Shown here: positions 47,081 to 58,089 of the stretch, piece by piece | Numbering within the stretch: the first letter of the stretch is position 1 | Layout: each line of letters begins with the position of its first letter | From: Eukaryota sp. GEM-RC1 | Lineage: Eukaryota | DNA length: 64,000 nt | Direction: 5' to 3' | NCBI GenBank assembly: GCA_040285855.1 | Contig: JAUFOQ010000004.1 | Coordinates: forward strand, 186,001 to 250,000 | Program-made: the position numbers and the translations under genes | The notes under the pieces: generated by a model | The model's database searches: none | Seen by the model: the letters and a program-made list of their open reading frames with translations, nothing else | What the model was told of the DNA's origin: nothing

Positions 47081-48834
47081 ATGCTTCCGTTAGCCATATT
47101 TTCGTTTCTTCACACGTTTGTTCCAGTAGTACTGATAGTATCCTTTGTCCTCCTTGTCTTTTGCTTCATTCTTCATCGAAAACCATTGTTTTCTGGGCCA
47201 ACCACCAAACAGTACTACAACTTCTCTCTATTCATGATCTTACTCTTGCTTGCTCTACTTGCTTGCTTCTCCTTCAGTCTGATCAACACTCCTTTTTCCT
47301 TTCTAATGTCATTCTTCCTTTCTTTTTCCTACTCTCAGTGTTCTTCTTCCTATCCAATCTCTCTTCAAAACCTCGAAAGTCAGTTCCTCTTCTTGATACA
47401 ACCCCTGTTCCCCTCAATACAATATCAGACCATCTCAACGCTGATCCTCTTGATGATTTTGACCTTCTTGACAGTCCAATCAAGAAATCTCCAAGCAAGT
47501 TCCGCCAAATCCTTCTCAAATCTCTCCTCTTCTCCTTCCTCGCTGCTCTCTTTCTTGCAGCTGTCACATTCAGAGCTTGTTGGATCCCTTATCCTTTCTC
47601 TCTCTCCACCAGTGCTACTCGTGTCTTTGGTGGTCTACCATGTGAACCAGAAGATGGATTTTGTTTTGGATATTCGATGTTAACTGACGATGGCTTTAGT
47701 TCTTTAGAGGTTGTTTCTATTCTGAATCCAAAATATGTAAATTTTTTAAATTCTAAGAAAAGTATGTCGTCATCATTGTCAGTCGAAATCAGACCAATTA
47801 ATGATCGTACAGTGATTAAGACTTTTACCACCGAATTGGAACAACTTGAAAGTCTTAGTAAAATTTGGAAGTTTTCAGTGTTTGCGTTTGATCTGAATCA
47901 CGGTGAATGTTATTCATTTACTTTTAAATTTAACGACTTATCTAATGAATATACTGTCTGCACGCTGAGTAGGAATCAACAATTTCAAATTATTTCAGGA
48001 GGTGGTTTTGGGTCTTCCCATGCTGCTTTTGAGTTCTCTGAAGCAGTAATGTCAGGAAAATTCTTCAATCAAGGATCAAAACTCTCTAAAAAGTTTGATA
48101 TCTTCTTGTTTACAGGTGATTACGTTACTGATTGTGGTCAAATAGCATGTTATCGACCATGGCTCCAATTTTTCAAAAATCTCCAAAATATTTCTCCTAA
48201 AAGTCCTTTCTCTCTTCTTCATTTAGTACCAGTTCTAGGTAATGAAGACGTTTACTACCCGGCAAGTGAAGAGACAACTGGTAACAATCGAAGTCCATTG
48301 TTTGATTTCTTTTTTAATTCTCAAGTTCACCAGAATCTGACTCTTCGGTCTTTTGACCTTCATTTCTATCGATTGTTCACTCTAGATAGTGGTCACGTAA
48401 CCTCTCAATCAAAACAGATTGATTATATTGAGCAACAATTAGATGGTCTTCACTTTTCCATCGCTGGTTATCACTTACCAATGTATTCCTTAATTGACGA
48501 TGGTAACAATGGTGAAGCTAGAGTAAAAGAGTGGGAAGAGTTGTTCTTAAAAAGAGGCTTGGATGCTGCTGTGGAAGGTCATGGTAAGATAGCGAAAATT
48601 TTAAAAATTAATGAAACGTTGTTTATTGGTGATGGTCTCGTTAATGGAAGGCCAAATGATATTAATATTCCTGAAAAATTAAAATCTTCAGTGCTTTTTG
48701 CCCAGCCAATCCAACATCTTCATTGTTTCCTTCTATCTATAGATTCATTTTTAGTTGAAACATGGAGATATATCGACTTAGTGTACAACAGTGGAGCGCG
48801 ATTGGAAAATCAATATGAAAAGAAGTTTGATTGA
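47081..48834 (+). CDS. membrane-anchored metallophosphoesterase (purple acid phosphatase-like), degenerate motifs; one frame break near 47293-47330
   Basis: About four N-terminal TM helices, then FTGDYV, PVLGNED, FTLDSGH, AGYHLPMY and VEGHGK. Confidence 0.75.
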
Positions 48835-48953
48835 TGGGATCAACAAGAGCTTATTTGTGAATAAAATTTTAAAATATACTACAAATATTGTGTACATTTG
48901 TAGAAAAACAGTAGATTCTTTGCATTTCTAAAACGAAACAATTAGATCTGTTT

Positions 48954-50452
48954 TCATAGCGATCTTTTAATTAATAAATCTGAATAATTACTGACTGATG
49001 TCAAGTTAAATCCTTGCTCATTGCACAAATGTAACAAAGTGACAAAATTTAAATGAGGCGAGGCTTGGACATTGGAAGAGGTATTGTTAAAAACATTTTT
49101 GAAAGAATGCTCAGAGTCGGAAGAATTTAAATAATTTGAAATATTGTCTTTGATATCAGCAATTCGCACAAATTTCGAGGAAGTTGTTCTCTTGGTCATT
49201 GGAGTTGCATTTCTGACCGCAAGGTCAAAATCTGGACCCTGTTCAACGTCATCAAAGAAGGGATCAATATCATCAACGTCGTCGTCATCAAATTGATCGT
49301 TTTGGATTGGTTGATTGGTCGAATAGAAGAGCTCATCTGAGGGAACAGGTGGATTGACCTTCTTAGAATCTTTGATCTTTTCTAATGCCTGCTGAGCCCT
49401 ACTTTTTGATTTCCTGGGTTTCGGTTTCGTCTTCTTTCCATATCTTGCTCCCCATATATCACGTGGATTGAAATCAAAATCGTCAGAGAATTCAAAAGAC
49501 TTCTTGGTTTTCTTTGTAGTTTCAGTTTTACCTTTAACTGTTTTGCTGGTAGTCTTTTCTTTAGGGTTTCCAAATTGAGAAATGACAAGTTGCTCTAATT
49601 TGAGTGCAAATTCCTGATCAACAGAATCGTCATCAAGGGTTAGATTGTTTAAGGTTCTGTCTAAATCCAAAACATCAGGTTCAGCATTCAGAAAAACGTC
49701 ATCATCCAGTTCTCCTCCGTCACAGCCATCATCATCAGGACAATCAAAAATGATTGGTGATTGGTATTCGGAGGGTACAACATTACAAGGGGAAACAGCC
49801 AAATCCAATCCAATCGGTATCATGACGTCATCAATAGAGTCAGCTTTCTCTGATACACAAATCTTTGTATTCATATCAAGATCAAAACAAGCACTTGCTA
49901 GATTTGGATTATGAAGTCGTTGTAGTTCAAAAGGTAGCTCAAAAGACAATTCTGAACTAAATTCAGTGTAAAACTCCAATGCGAGGTTCTTAAAGTTGTC
50001 ATCAATCAAAGGAAACGTGCTTATCTTGGGAACGTCAGTGAAGAAACTCTCTGTTGAAGTTTGACAGAGAGTGTTTTTGTAGTTGCAAAAATCCGAAGCA
50101 GATGAATAAGCAATGACACTTGGATCTGTGACAGTGTAAGCAGACTTAGATGAAGACTTCTTGGTAGCAGTCTTTGGGTCTTTGGGATCACTATCTAAAC
50201 TTTTGGATGTGAATGATTTGAAGGCTTTCTCAGCTTCTGCATAGACAGTATCAACTCGATGAGAGTACACTTTTGTACTGCCGTCAATAGTAGCTGAAAT
50301 GCGTTGAAAGTTGAATTGCTTCTCAGTAAGTTGAGTTATGAGATGTAAACGATCGATCAGATTATTAGAGAAACAGTTATTTCTAGTGAGTAGATCAATG
50401 TTCCGGAGTTCTGGATCGAGATGTAGCTTAAAAGATCTTCGTGGGAAGCCAT
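48954..50452 (-). CDS. NCAPH: condensin complex subunit H / Barren kleisin; one frame break at 50430-50433
   Basis: NFQRISATIDGSTKVYSHRVD at the N-terminus and SPHLNFVTLLHLCNEQGFNL at the C-terminus. ATG at 50452 joins after adding one T. Confidence 0.88.
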
Positions 50453-50506
50453 GTTTGAACAGTTCTAGTTTGTTAAGAGAAAATCCACTTTTACTAGATC
50501 TTTAAC

Positions 50507-52108
50507 ATGACTTCCAGAGCAGCACTACCTACGGGTGAAGCGGAGTTTTATGAGTACCGCAAGCAGCAGGTACAAGAAAAGCGTGCTGCAGGTCGAAACC
50601 CTTATCCCCACGTATTTCATCCAACCCATACTGTTGCTCAATATCGCGCTGAGTTCGACTTTACAGCAGAAACTGCACAGGAAGGACAAGTCTCTATTGC
50701 TGATGGTGAAACTCTTCCCGATTTCTCCATTTCTCTTGCTGGTCGTGTAGAAAGACAACACGCTGTTGGAAAGAATCTTTTCTTCATCAGTATCAATAAC
50801 GAAGGAGCTAAAGTCCAACTTATGGCAAACAAGAAGCTCTATGGATCTGATCAATTTGCTACTGAGTGTGGTGAAGTCCATCGCGGTGACATTGTGGGAG
50901 CCACCGGCTATCCCACTCGAACTAAAAAGGGAGAGTTCTCCTTAATGGTAACCAAGCTGACCGTCTTAGCTCCCTGCCTTCGTTTGCTTCCCGATCCCAA
51001 GACTCCCTTTGCTGATATCGAGAAAAGAATGCGACATCGTGAGTTAGATTGGTTGATGAACAACACCCGCCTGCGTTCAATCTTCAAGATTAGAAGTGAT
51101 ACCATTCGCTACATTAGACGTTACTTCGATGATCGCCGATTTGTAGAAGTTGAGACTCCAGTTCTTAACGCCCTCGCTGGTGGTGCTACTGCCAGACCTT
51201 TCACAACTCATCACAATGATTTGGATGCCACCCTCTACCTGAGAATAGCCCCAGAGTTGTTCTTGAAGCGCCTTGTTGTAGGAGGATTGGACCGTGTCTA
51301 TGAAATTGGAAAGCAGTTCCGTAATGAATCCATTGATCAGACTCACAACCCTGAGTTTACTACCCTGGAGTCCTATGAAGCCTATGCTGATTACCATGAC
51401 GTGATGAAGATGGCTGAAGAGCTCATTTCTGGTCTTGTCTATAGCGTTCACGGATCTTATAAGATTCAGTATCATGTAGACGGAGACATGGAAAAGGAGC
51501 CACTGGAGATTGATTTCACACCTCCATTTAAGAGAGTTTCTCTTATTGATGGAATTGAAGAGGGCTTAGGTAAGAAGTTACCTCCTCTTGATTCTCCTGA
51601 CATTGTTGAACATTTAGAAGCTTTGTGCAAGGAGCATAATATCCGTTGCTCACCTCCTCGCTCTTTTGCTAGATTGTTGGACAAGCTTGGTGAGCATTTC
51701 GTTGAGTCTAAGTGTCAACAACACCCTACCTTTGTCATGGACACTCCTGAAGTGATGTCTCCCTTGGCAAAGTATCATCGTGATCGTCCTTTCATCACTG
51801 AACGATTCGAGATGTTTGTAGCTGGCCGTGAGCTGTGTAATGCTTATACCGAACTGAATGATCCTATTGTTCAACGAGAACGATTTGCCGGACAAATGCA
51901 GGCCCGTGATTCTGGAGATGTAGAAGCACAGCCATTAGACGAAACATTCTGTACCGCTCTTGATTATGGTCTACCTCCAACTGGTGGATTTGGTCTTGGT
52001 ATTGATAGATTGGTCATGATGCTAACTGATACTGCCACTATTAAGGAGGTGCTGTTGTTTCCCCCTGTGAGACAACAACCAATTCCTAAGAAGGAGGATT
52101 CTCAGTAG
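50507..52108 (+). CDS. KARS1: lysyl-tRNA synthetase (class II)
   Basis: [69 protein letters not shown]. Confidence 0.98.
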   Translation: MTSRAALPTGEAEFYEYRKQQVQEKRAAGRNPYPHVFHPTHTVAQYRAEFDFTAETAQEGQVSIADGETLPDFSISLAGRVERQHAVGKNLFFISINNEGAKVQLMANKKLYGSDQFATECGEVHRGDIVGATGYPTRTKKGEFSLMVTKLTVLAPCLRLLPDPKTPFADIEKRMRHRELDWLMNNTRLRSIFKIRSDTIRYIRRYFDDRRFVEVETPVLNALAGGATARPFTTHHNDLDATLYLRIAPELFLKRLVVGGLDRVYEIGKQFRNESIDQTHNPEFTTLESYEAYADYHDVMKMAEELISGLVYSVHGSYKIQYHVDGDMEKEPLEIDFTPPFKRVSLIDGIEEGLGKKLPPLDSPDIVEHLEALCKEHNIRCSPPRSFARLLDKLGEHFVESKCQQHPTFVMDTPEVMSPLAKYHRDRPFITERFEMFVAGRELCNAYTELNDPIVQRERFAGQMQARDSGDVEAQPLDETFCTALDYGLPPTGGFGLGIDRLVMMLTDTATIKEVLLFPPVRQQPIPKKEDSQ

Positions 52109-52810
52109 TTAGTTTATCTATTTTTCTAGTTTTAAATAAATTTCACCCAACCTAGACTGTATTTCGCCAATGAAATCACTTTGGTCTGATTCAATATATT
52201 CAGATACAGCCATACAGACAGCAACCAGAGCGAAAGTAGATGCATGCGCATCTAAGAGATGATTTGGACCAATCATTTGTTTGATTGCAAATTTTGATCA
52301 AATTCTAAACCATTTTTGTAATAGATCCAATTGTCCAACAAAAGGACCCCCTTCTCACTGATTTTCTGTTATTGCAATTAGTACCCCGAGTCCTTATAAT
52401 GATGATTAAACTGAATAGAGAACACAACTGAAAGAATTGGCAAAAGCTTGTATGAACGTTGAACGCAGTTCAATCAGTTCAGTTCAGCTCAGAATCTTTG
52501 AATTGAAGTGAACTACTGTAATTAACATTCCCAGTACATCTATTATACAATGTTTCACAAAGAAGACTGTAAAGATAAATTATTAATTGAACGACTGCAA
52601 AACGTGACCTGAAAGTAGATTTATTGAACCCAAAAACAGTGTAAACATACAAAAAAACCTCTACATGTATTAAGTAAACTAATACATCTAAAACTGCCCA
52701 TCTAAACAATTTTGACTTTGGTTGAAAACAAACATACGTAATAGAAAAGAAATACACCTGACTTAACAACACGATTAGCAAAGAAACATCAAATCAATGT
52801 GATGATCCAT

Positions 52811-53332
52811 TCAATCTTTAGCATTGTCTTGTTTTTGCTTAGATCTTCTTGAGCATAACAAGAGAACACAAATCGAACACCAAATGAATGTCGCAGAAAC
52901 ATTTTCCAAACTGCAAGGGATACCGTAAGACACAATACTTAACCAAAACAGAGAGAAAGAAAACATGAGAAGTGCCCTTGAAAGAAATACTCCTAAAAAG
53001 TAGAAGAACCATGCTGTACGCTCTAGTATAACACCATAAGCCATATCTGGATCTTCTTCAATCATGGCCAGCTTATAGGAGTTCCAAGCACCGACGACAA
53101 CGGTTTTGAGGGTTCGTGAGACCGTTGGAGCTGAAAAGGATGCACAGAAAGTCCCCAAGAAGGAATGACCCCATTCAAGAGCTGGAAGTGTTCGATCACA
53201 GAAGTACAGAATAGGAGACTCATCTCCTCTGAAATTGGTATGAAAATAAGGTTTGAAGAGAGTCGTGAACACAAACACAGCCAAAAACCAGTTTATGAAT
53301 GATGGCTTTCGTGACAACAACCAGATCAACAT
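52811..53332 (-). CDS. hypothetical membrane protein
   Basis: 173-aa ORF with several hydrophobic segments; boundaries uncertain. Confidence 0.5.
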   Translation of the reverse strand: MLIWLLSRKPSFINWFLAVFVFTTLFKPYFHTNFRGDESPILYFCDRTLPALEWGHSFLGTFCASFSAPTVSRTLKTVVVGAWNSYKLAMIEEDPDMAYGVILERTAWFFYFLGVFLSRALLMFSFSLFWLSIVSYGIPCSLENVSATFIWCSICVLLLCSRRSKQKQDNAKD

Positions 53333-53409
53333 GGATCAAAATTATGTGGTTTTAAAAAATGGAAAATCTATCTACTAAAAGCTGAGTTGTAATATACATA
53401 GAATTCTAA

Positions 53410-54753
53410 TCAATCAGAATTGATTGGTAACACCCAACACTCAACTGGTGGTAAATGACATGTACACTGTGGACTACACTCAATCTCATGTCCTAAATCT
53501 CTACTCGGTAACGAGACAACATATTCCTCAAGCAGAGTTGAGAGTTGTTGCAAAGTTTCAACATCAAACCCATCCAAATCCACGTTCTTCTGTCTCCAGA
53601 TTAACAGAGCATGTAATCTGGAAGACAACACATCTACATTGAGTTTCGACGCTGCCGAGAAAAGATGAATAAAACTATAAACATCTGGGTATAACAATTT
53701 CATCTCCAACCTAATGTTATCCATTGGTCCACTCTTGGAAAAAGCTAAGTTCCTAGAAACTAATGAACTTATAACTGATGACTCTTCATTATCTTTTACA
53801 ACACAAAACACCCTCCCACCTTTCTTTACAGCTTTATCTACGACTTCATAAACATGAGATTTAACTGAACCAACAATGATTGCACAGTCGAACATAGAAT
53901 GACCATCTACTAGTAGATCCATTGATACAATGTCATGCTCTGAAACCAGTAACAGACGACAGTTTATTGAAAGAATTTCGGAAAATCCATCGGGACCAAC
54001 TTCTGCTGGAAAACCACGATGCATAAGTCCCTCTTTAACATCTTTAAGAGAGGAAACTCGATTTCCAGAGACAACAACTAAGCCAAAGACGGACCCCGTT
54101 TGAGACAAACAAAACGCAGCAGTATTAGAGAGTCCCCCATGTGGAGGAAGTAGAACAAAACGATGATCACGGGAGGGTAGAAGGGTGATAAGGTCAGGAA
54201 AGAAAGTGAACGGATGTTGGTAGAAAGATTGTATAAGAGGGACAGTGGATAAAATGATAGTCTGCCTTCCAACTCTAGATGTGGGTAAACATTTGACTAA
54301 AGATTCTAGAATACGGTAATTCTCAGGTGACAATGGGGTGGTGAGAAACAAGAAAAATGATTGAATGGTATTTAGAGAGAGTGAGAGAGGAAGAGCTAAG
54401 TTATCTAAAGATGAAACGGCCACTTGATTTTGATCTGAGGCAGAAAGATCGGAAAAACTAGTGTATCTGTGAGAACTTAGATCCATAATAAGACAAGAAA
54501 CAAGTTCTTCATCAGAAGGTTTGATGTGTGTGATGAACAAAGCAGATGGGCAGAAAGAAGATGTTGAAGAGCATGAATGATCCATTAAGCCAACTACTGT
54601 AGCTGCCAGAGTTTGTTTAAGAACTGTAAAAGAAGGGTTTGTCTCGAAGTGGATGATCAAATCACTTCCCTGTCTAGAGGCATGCCAGAGTTCATAAGAA
54701 GATTTAGAAGAACTGGAAGAGAGATCTGAGAGAATAGAATCCAAATTTGGCAT
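53410..54753 (-). CDS. highly divergent SF2/DEAD-box-like protein, probably inactive
   Basis: Order of GSDLII, PSALFI, RQTIILS, LLLVSEHDIVSMDL and KGGRVFCVV mimics DEAD-box strand motifs, but there is no GKT, DEAD or HRxGR. Confidence 0.5.
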   Translation of the reverse strand: MPNLDSILSDLSSSSSKSSYELWHASRQGSDLIIHFETNPSFTVLKQTLAATVVGLMDHSCSSTSSFCPSALFITHIKPSDEELVSCLIMDLSSHRYTSFSDLSASDQNQVAVSSLDNLALPLSLSLNTIQSFFLFLTTPLSPENYRILESLVKCLPTSRVGRQTIILSTVPLIQSFYQHPFTFFPDLITLLPSRDHRFVLLPPHGGLSNTAAFCLSQTGSVFGLVVVSGNRVSSLKDVKEGLMHRGFPAEVGPDGFSEILSINCRLLLVSEHDIVSMDLLVDGHSMFDCAIIVGSVKSHVYEVVDKAVKKGGRVFCVVKDNEESSVISSLVSRNLAFSKSGPMDNIRLEMKLLYPDVYSFIHLFSAASKLNVDVLSSRLHALLIWRQKNVDLDGFDVETLQQLSTLLEEYVVSLPSRDLGHEIECSPQCTCHLPPVECWVLPINSD

Positions 54754-55091
54754 TTGATCAGGAATTTACGCAAATTGAATTATTTTTGAAGAGGCCAAAA
54801 TCACAGGTGAACTGCTACTGATTGCGATGGCGCCTAAACACACGATTATGGGCCACTCTTTAATACATTGTAGTTTATTCCATTTGCTACTACTGTACTA
54901 TTTTTGGTTATGTATCACCAAAATGTTCTGGTAAAGGAATGTACTATGGTGGAAAATACTACTCTAGATTGGTAACATGACAGTTAAATATATCGTATTT
55001 GCAAAGGAAAGAAGTAGTTCCTGCAAAAGTGTGATCAACAAGAATGCATACATGTACTTAAACTAATAATATTTATTTTAATTTAATCAAA

Positions 55092-56171
55092 CTAAGTACT
55101 TTCAGAAATAGCACGAGGACGTTTAGGAGGAGGACTCAGCTTCTCCTGGGGTTTGGTTAGAACCTCTTTGATTCCTGTAGTAGAAACACCTGATCTCTGA
55201 ATAATTAAAGCAGCAACCTTGTGTCCGATATCAACACACTTGGAGATGGGCTCTCCAGAAGCATACATGGCCAGAAAACCTCCAACAAATGAATCTCCCG
55301 CTCCATTAACGTCAACAATGCTTTCAGAATCCACAGGATCAACAGCAAATCGCTGAACAGTTTGTCCATCAACACAAACCAATGTTGAATCACTACCGCA
55401 AGTGATTACAACAATTCGATGGGTTTCTGGATTCTTACCCTTATAAGGCAAGCGAGCAAGCTTAACTATGATTTCTTCCAAATCAGAACCCCAGTCTTCG
55501 GATTTAGCGAAGGCCTTGGCCTCAGAATCATTTCCAAACACTAATGCACAGAAAGAGATCATCTTCATTAAGGACTCTTTGAATATTGGTACCTCACAGA
55601 GGAAAGGTGCAGATAAATTAACTGCATAGACACAATCATCAGATTGAGAGACTGTTTCAGCTAAGGAAACGATTTCAGGACAAGCAGTGAGAACATATCC
55701 AGCAGAGTAGATAACTTTGGATCGCATGATCTCGTCCTTATGAGAATTGATGTGATCAATAGATAAGGAATTAGCAGCTTCCAGAGTTGTAACCAAAGTA
55801 CGTTCCTGATCGTTAATTAAACAGGCACAACAACCAGTCTTTTTCTTCTTTGGCATACTGATAAAGGGTATTAACACCATCTTTTCCACACAGTCCTTGA
55901 GGGTAATAGCAGTATCATCATCACCAACAGCTCCGATATATGCACAATCACCATCACCAAGCAAAGCAGCAGCAATTCTAATCGTATTCTGAGTAGCACC
56001 ACCACCTGAGAACTTTACCTCAAAAGAGGATGGAAGCTCTTTAAAAATCTCCATATGTTTCTCCTCAGCAAGAATGGCAGATCCACGTTCAAGTTCATAC
56101 TTAGAAAGATAGTCAGCAGGGACAACTGCAGTGATGTCAAGAAGAGGATTTCCGATTCCTACAAGTTTCAT
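55092..56171 (-). CDS. ADK: adenosine kinase; hidden compensating frameshift pair at 55840-55885
   Basis: GNPLLDI, GGATQNTIR, TGCCACLI..ERTL, NLSAPF, FGNDSEA, VDVNGAGDSFVGGFL. Confidence 0.95.
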   Translation of the reverse strand: MKLVGIGNPLLDITAVVPADYLSKYELERGSAILAEEKHMEIFKELPSSFEVKFSGGGATQNTIRIAAALLGDGDCAYIGAVGDDDTAITLKDCVEKMVLIPFISMPKKKKTGCCACLINDQERTLVTTLEAANSLSIDHINSHKDEIMRSKVIYSAGYVLTACPEIVSLAETVSQSDDCVYAVNLSAPFLCEVPIFKESLMKMISFCALVFGNDSEAKAFAKSEDWGSDLEEIIVKLARLPYKGKNPETHRIVVITCGSDSTLVCVDGQTVQRFAVDPVDSESIVDVNGAGDSFVGGFLAMYASGEPISKCVDIGHKVAALIIQRSGVSTTGIKEVLTKPQEKLSPPPKRPRAISEST

Positions 56172-56265
56172 TTTGGTCAGAAATCTCAAGAAAAGGAGGA
56201 TTCAATTTAGGAACCAACGTCACTTCATACTCTTGAGACCACTGTCACTTCTTTGAACTACATTT

Positions 56266-56824
56266 ATGTCTACTGATGACTCTGAATTGTACAAAACATC
56301 CTCTCTCAATGAACGATTAGCAGAAGAACGTGTCGCTTCCAAAATGCGAAATAACTCAAGTGCCATAGGCAATAACTTAGAACATCTGAAGATTCGTTTA
56401 ACTGAGCTAAAACAGGAAATATCTGTTCTGGATTCTGGAATTTCTGACAAAAAAATCCCAAGTTGGACTGTTGGAAGGACAAAAACGACAATTGGAACGC
56501 CGGATTTCCATAAAGAGAGAGTGGGTGGCCAAATTCCAACACTACATCCGTCCACTTGAAGAAAAGTATGATAATATGGTCAACACACTTGCCAAACAAC
56601 AATCAGACCTTGCTCAAAAATACAAGGATTCATTGGATCTTCTGATTGATAAGTTTGGCTATCACCCAGCCTTTAAGCTCCCAAATTCTGATTCTGAGGA
56701 ATGGTTTGGAGGTAGGGAAAAACCGACCAGTACATTTTCTTCAAAAGACAATCACAAACAGTCGTTTGATCGAGCATTTGCTGTCCGCAAAAGAATGAAC
56801 GATTATAAGGTCCGAAAATCGTAA
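56266..56824 (+). CDS. coiled-coil hypothetical protein; one frame break at A7 56449-56455
   Basis: ORFs 56266 and 56471 join into a continuous coiled coil ending in LIDKFGYHPAFK. Confidence 0.75.
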
Positions 56825-56865
56825 TCTCAATTACCAAACTGTAATTTAATGTAATTTATTAGTGT

Positions 56866-57488
56866 TTAAAAACACCATGTATTAAACAAGAACTTTCTTT
56901 TCCAGTCCCTTAACATTTTGTATTCTAATCTGCTCATTCTCAATAAATCCAACTCAAAATCACACAAACGTAGCAACATTGGATTATCAGAAGATGCATT
57001 TGGTGAATCGGGATCTCGAAGAAACTCTGGAATTAGAGCCCTGAATCGATCCACAGCTATTCGGAGCAGTTCATCTAAAATATAACGGTTTTGAAAACTG
57101 AATTGAGACAAAAATTGAGGACAAACATTAATGCAAACCGATGCCCAACAAAATAATAGTGTGGTAAAAATTTGAAATTGACATCAATGGGAGAAGAAGC
57201 AGCAGCAGTAAGAAAGTTGCGAGAATATTCATTGGGCTCAAGTAAGGAAACTGACTCTCTATTCAGTGAGTAGACTTCAGCAAGCCACATTGGAACAGAT
57301 TCAGTTCTGTTGGGTTTAGCAGAAGGAAGAACGGGCCCAGAACAGTCAACGTTGTAGGTGATGGGAACAAGCTGCGATCAACAGATAACAAACTGACAAA
57401 CAGTCTCACCCTGAAGAACATCATTTATATCAAAGTAATCGGAGACATTTAAGAGTAATTTCTGAACATTTGGAGATGAAGTGGCCAT
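56866..57488 (-). CDS. GINS3: GINS complex subunit Psf3; 2 introns
   Basis: DYFDINDVLQGET|LVP, VPMWLA, A.P..V....PHYY..G, L...E. Introns 57372-57401 (30 nt) and 57098-57126 (29 nt), both GTTTGT...CAG. Confidence 0.85.
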
Positions 57489-57515
57489 TGGCTACTAGTA
57501 GAAGAGAATCTCCGG

Positions 57516-57535
57516 GTAAATTCCTTTTCTTTTCC
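57516..57535 (+). promoter_or_regulatory. pyrimidine tract directly upstream of the ribosomal protein ATG (TOP/initiator-like)
   Basis: TTCCTTTTCTTTTCC abuts the ATG inside a 47-bp divergent intergenic region. Confidence 0.35.
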
Positions 57536-58089
57536 ATGTTGAAAGAATACACCGTTGCTGGCAGAAAGATCCCTTCTGAGAAGGAGCCCAACCCTCCTAT
57601 TATGAAGATGACTATCTTCGCTCCTAATGTCGTCGTTGCCCGATCCCGCTTCTGGTATTATGTATGCCGTCTGCAAAGGTGAAGAAGACTGCCGGACAAT
57701 TGTTGTCCTGTCGCGAAGTCCCTCTTGGTCGCACAACTGTTGCCAAGAATTTTGTTGTCTATATTAGATACAACTCTCGCAGTGGAACTCATAACATGAG
57801 ACGTGAGTATCGTGCAACCACCAGAGTTAATGCTATTGAACAGATGTGTATGCTTCGATATTGATTTCTCACTTCAGATACTGATATGGCCTCCCGTCAT
57901 CAAGTGCGATTTGCCAACATCCATGTTCTCGGTATTGAAGAGATCAAGTCATCTGAATGCCGTCGCGCTAATGTACGTGAATTCCATGACAGCAGCATTA
58001 AATTCCCTGTTGTACGCAATCTCGTTCGCTCAGCTGATCGCTACTACAGAAAGAACTTCAGAACTGAACGTCCCACTCGCCCTCTCTAA
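57536..58089 (+). CDS. RPL18A: 60S ribosomal protein L18a (eL20); one 30-nt intron, one frame break near 57676
   Basis: IFAPNVVVARSRFWY, RYNSRSGTHNM.REYR, FHDSSIKFP. Intron 57848-57877 (GTATGC..CTCACTTCAG) restores QMYTDMASRH. Confidence 0.97.

Noticed and set aside
50525..51895. Antisense and alternate-frame ORFs over LysRS and other genes
   Set aside because: Shadow ORFs of well-conserved coding regions.
52113..52781. Short minus-strand ORFs downstream of the 52811 gene
   Set aside because: They could not be joined by credible introns or single shifts and have no recognisable motif.
57662..57678. 17-nt GTATGC...AAG mini-intron as a fix for the RPL18A frame break
   Set aside because: Splicing would delete six conserved residues between FWY and KK, and it lacks the -7 branch A. 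A single missing base fits the alignment exactly.
17335..58089. Euplotes-type +1 frameshifting at AAA-stop
   Set aside because: Most breaks are not adjacent to stop codons, and both directions occur.
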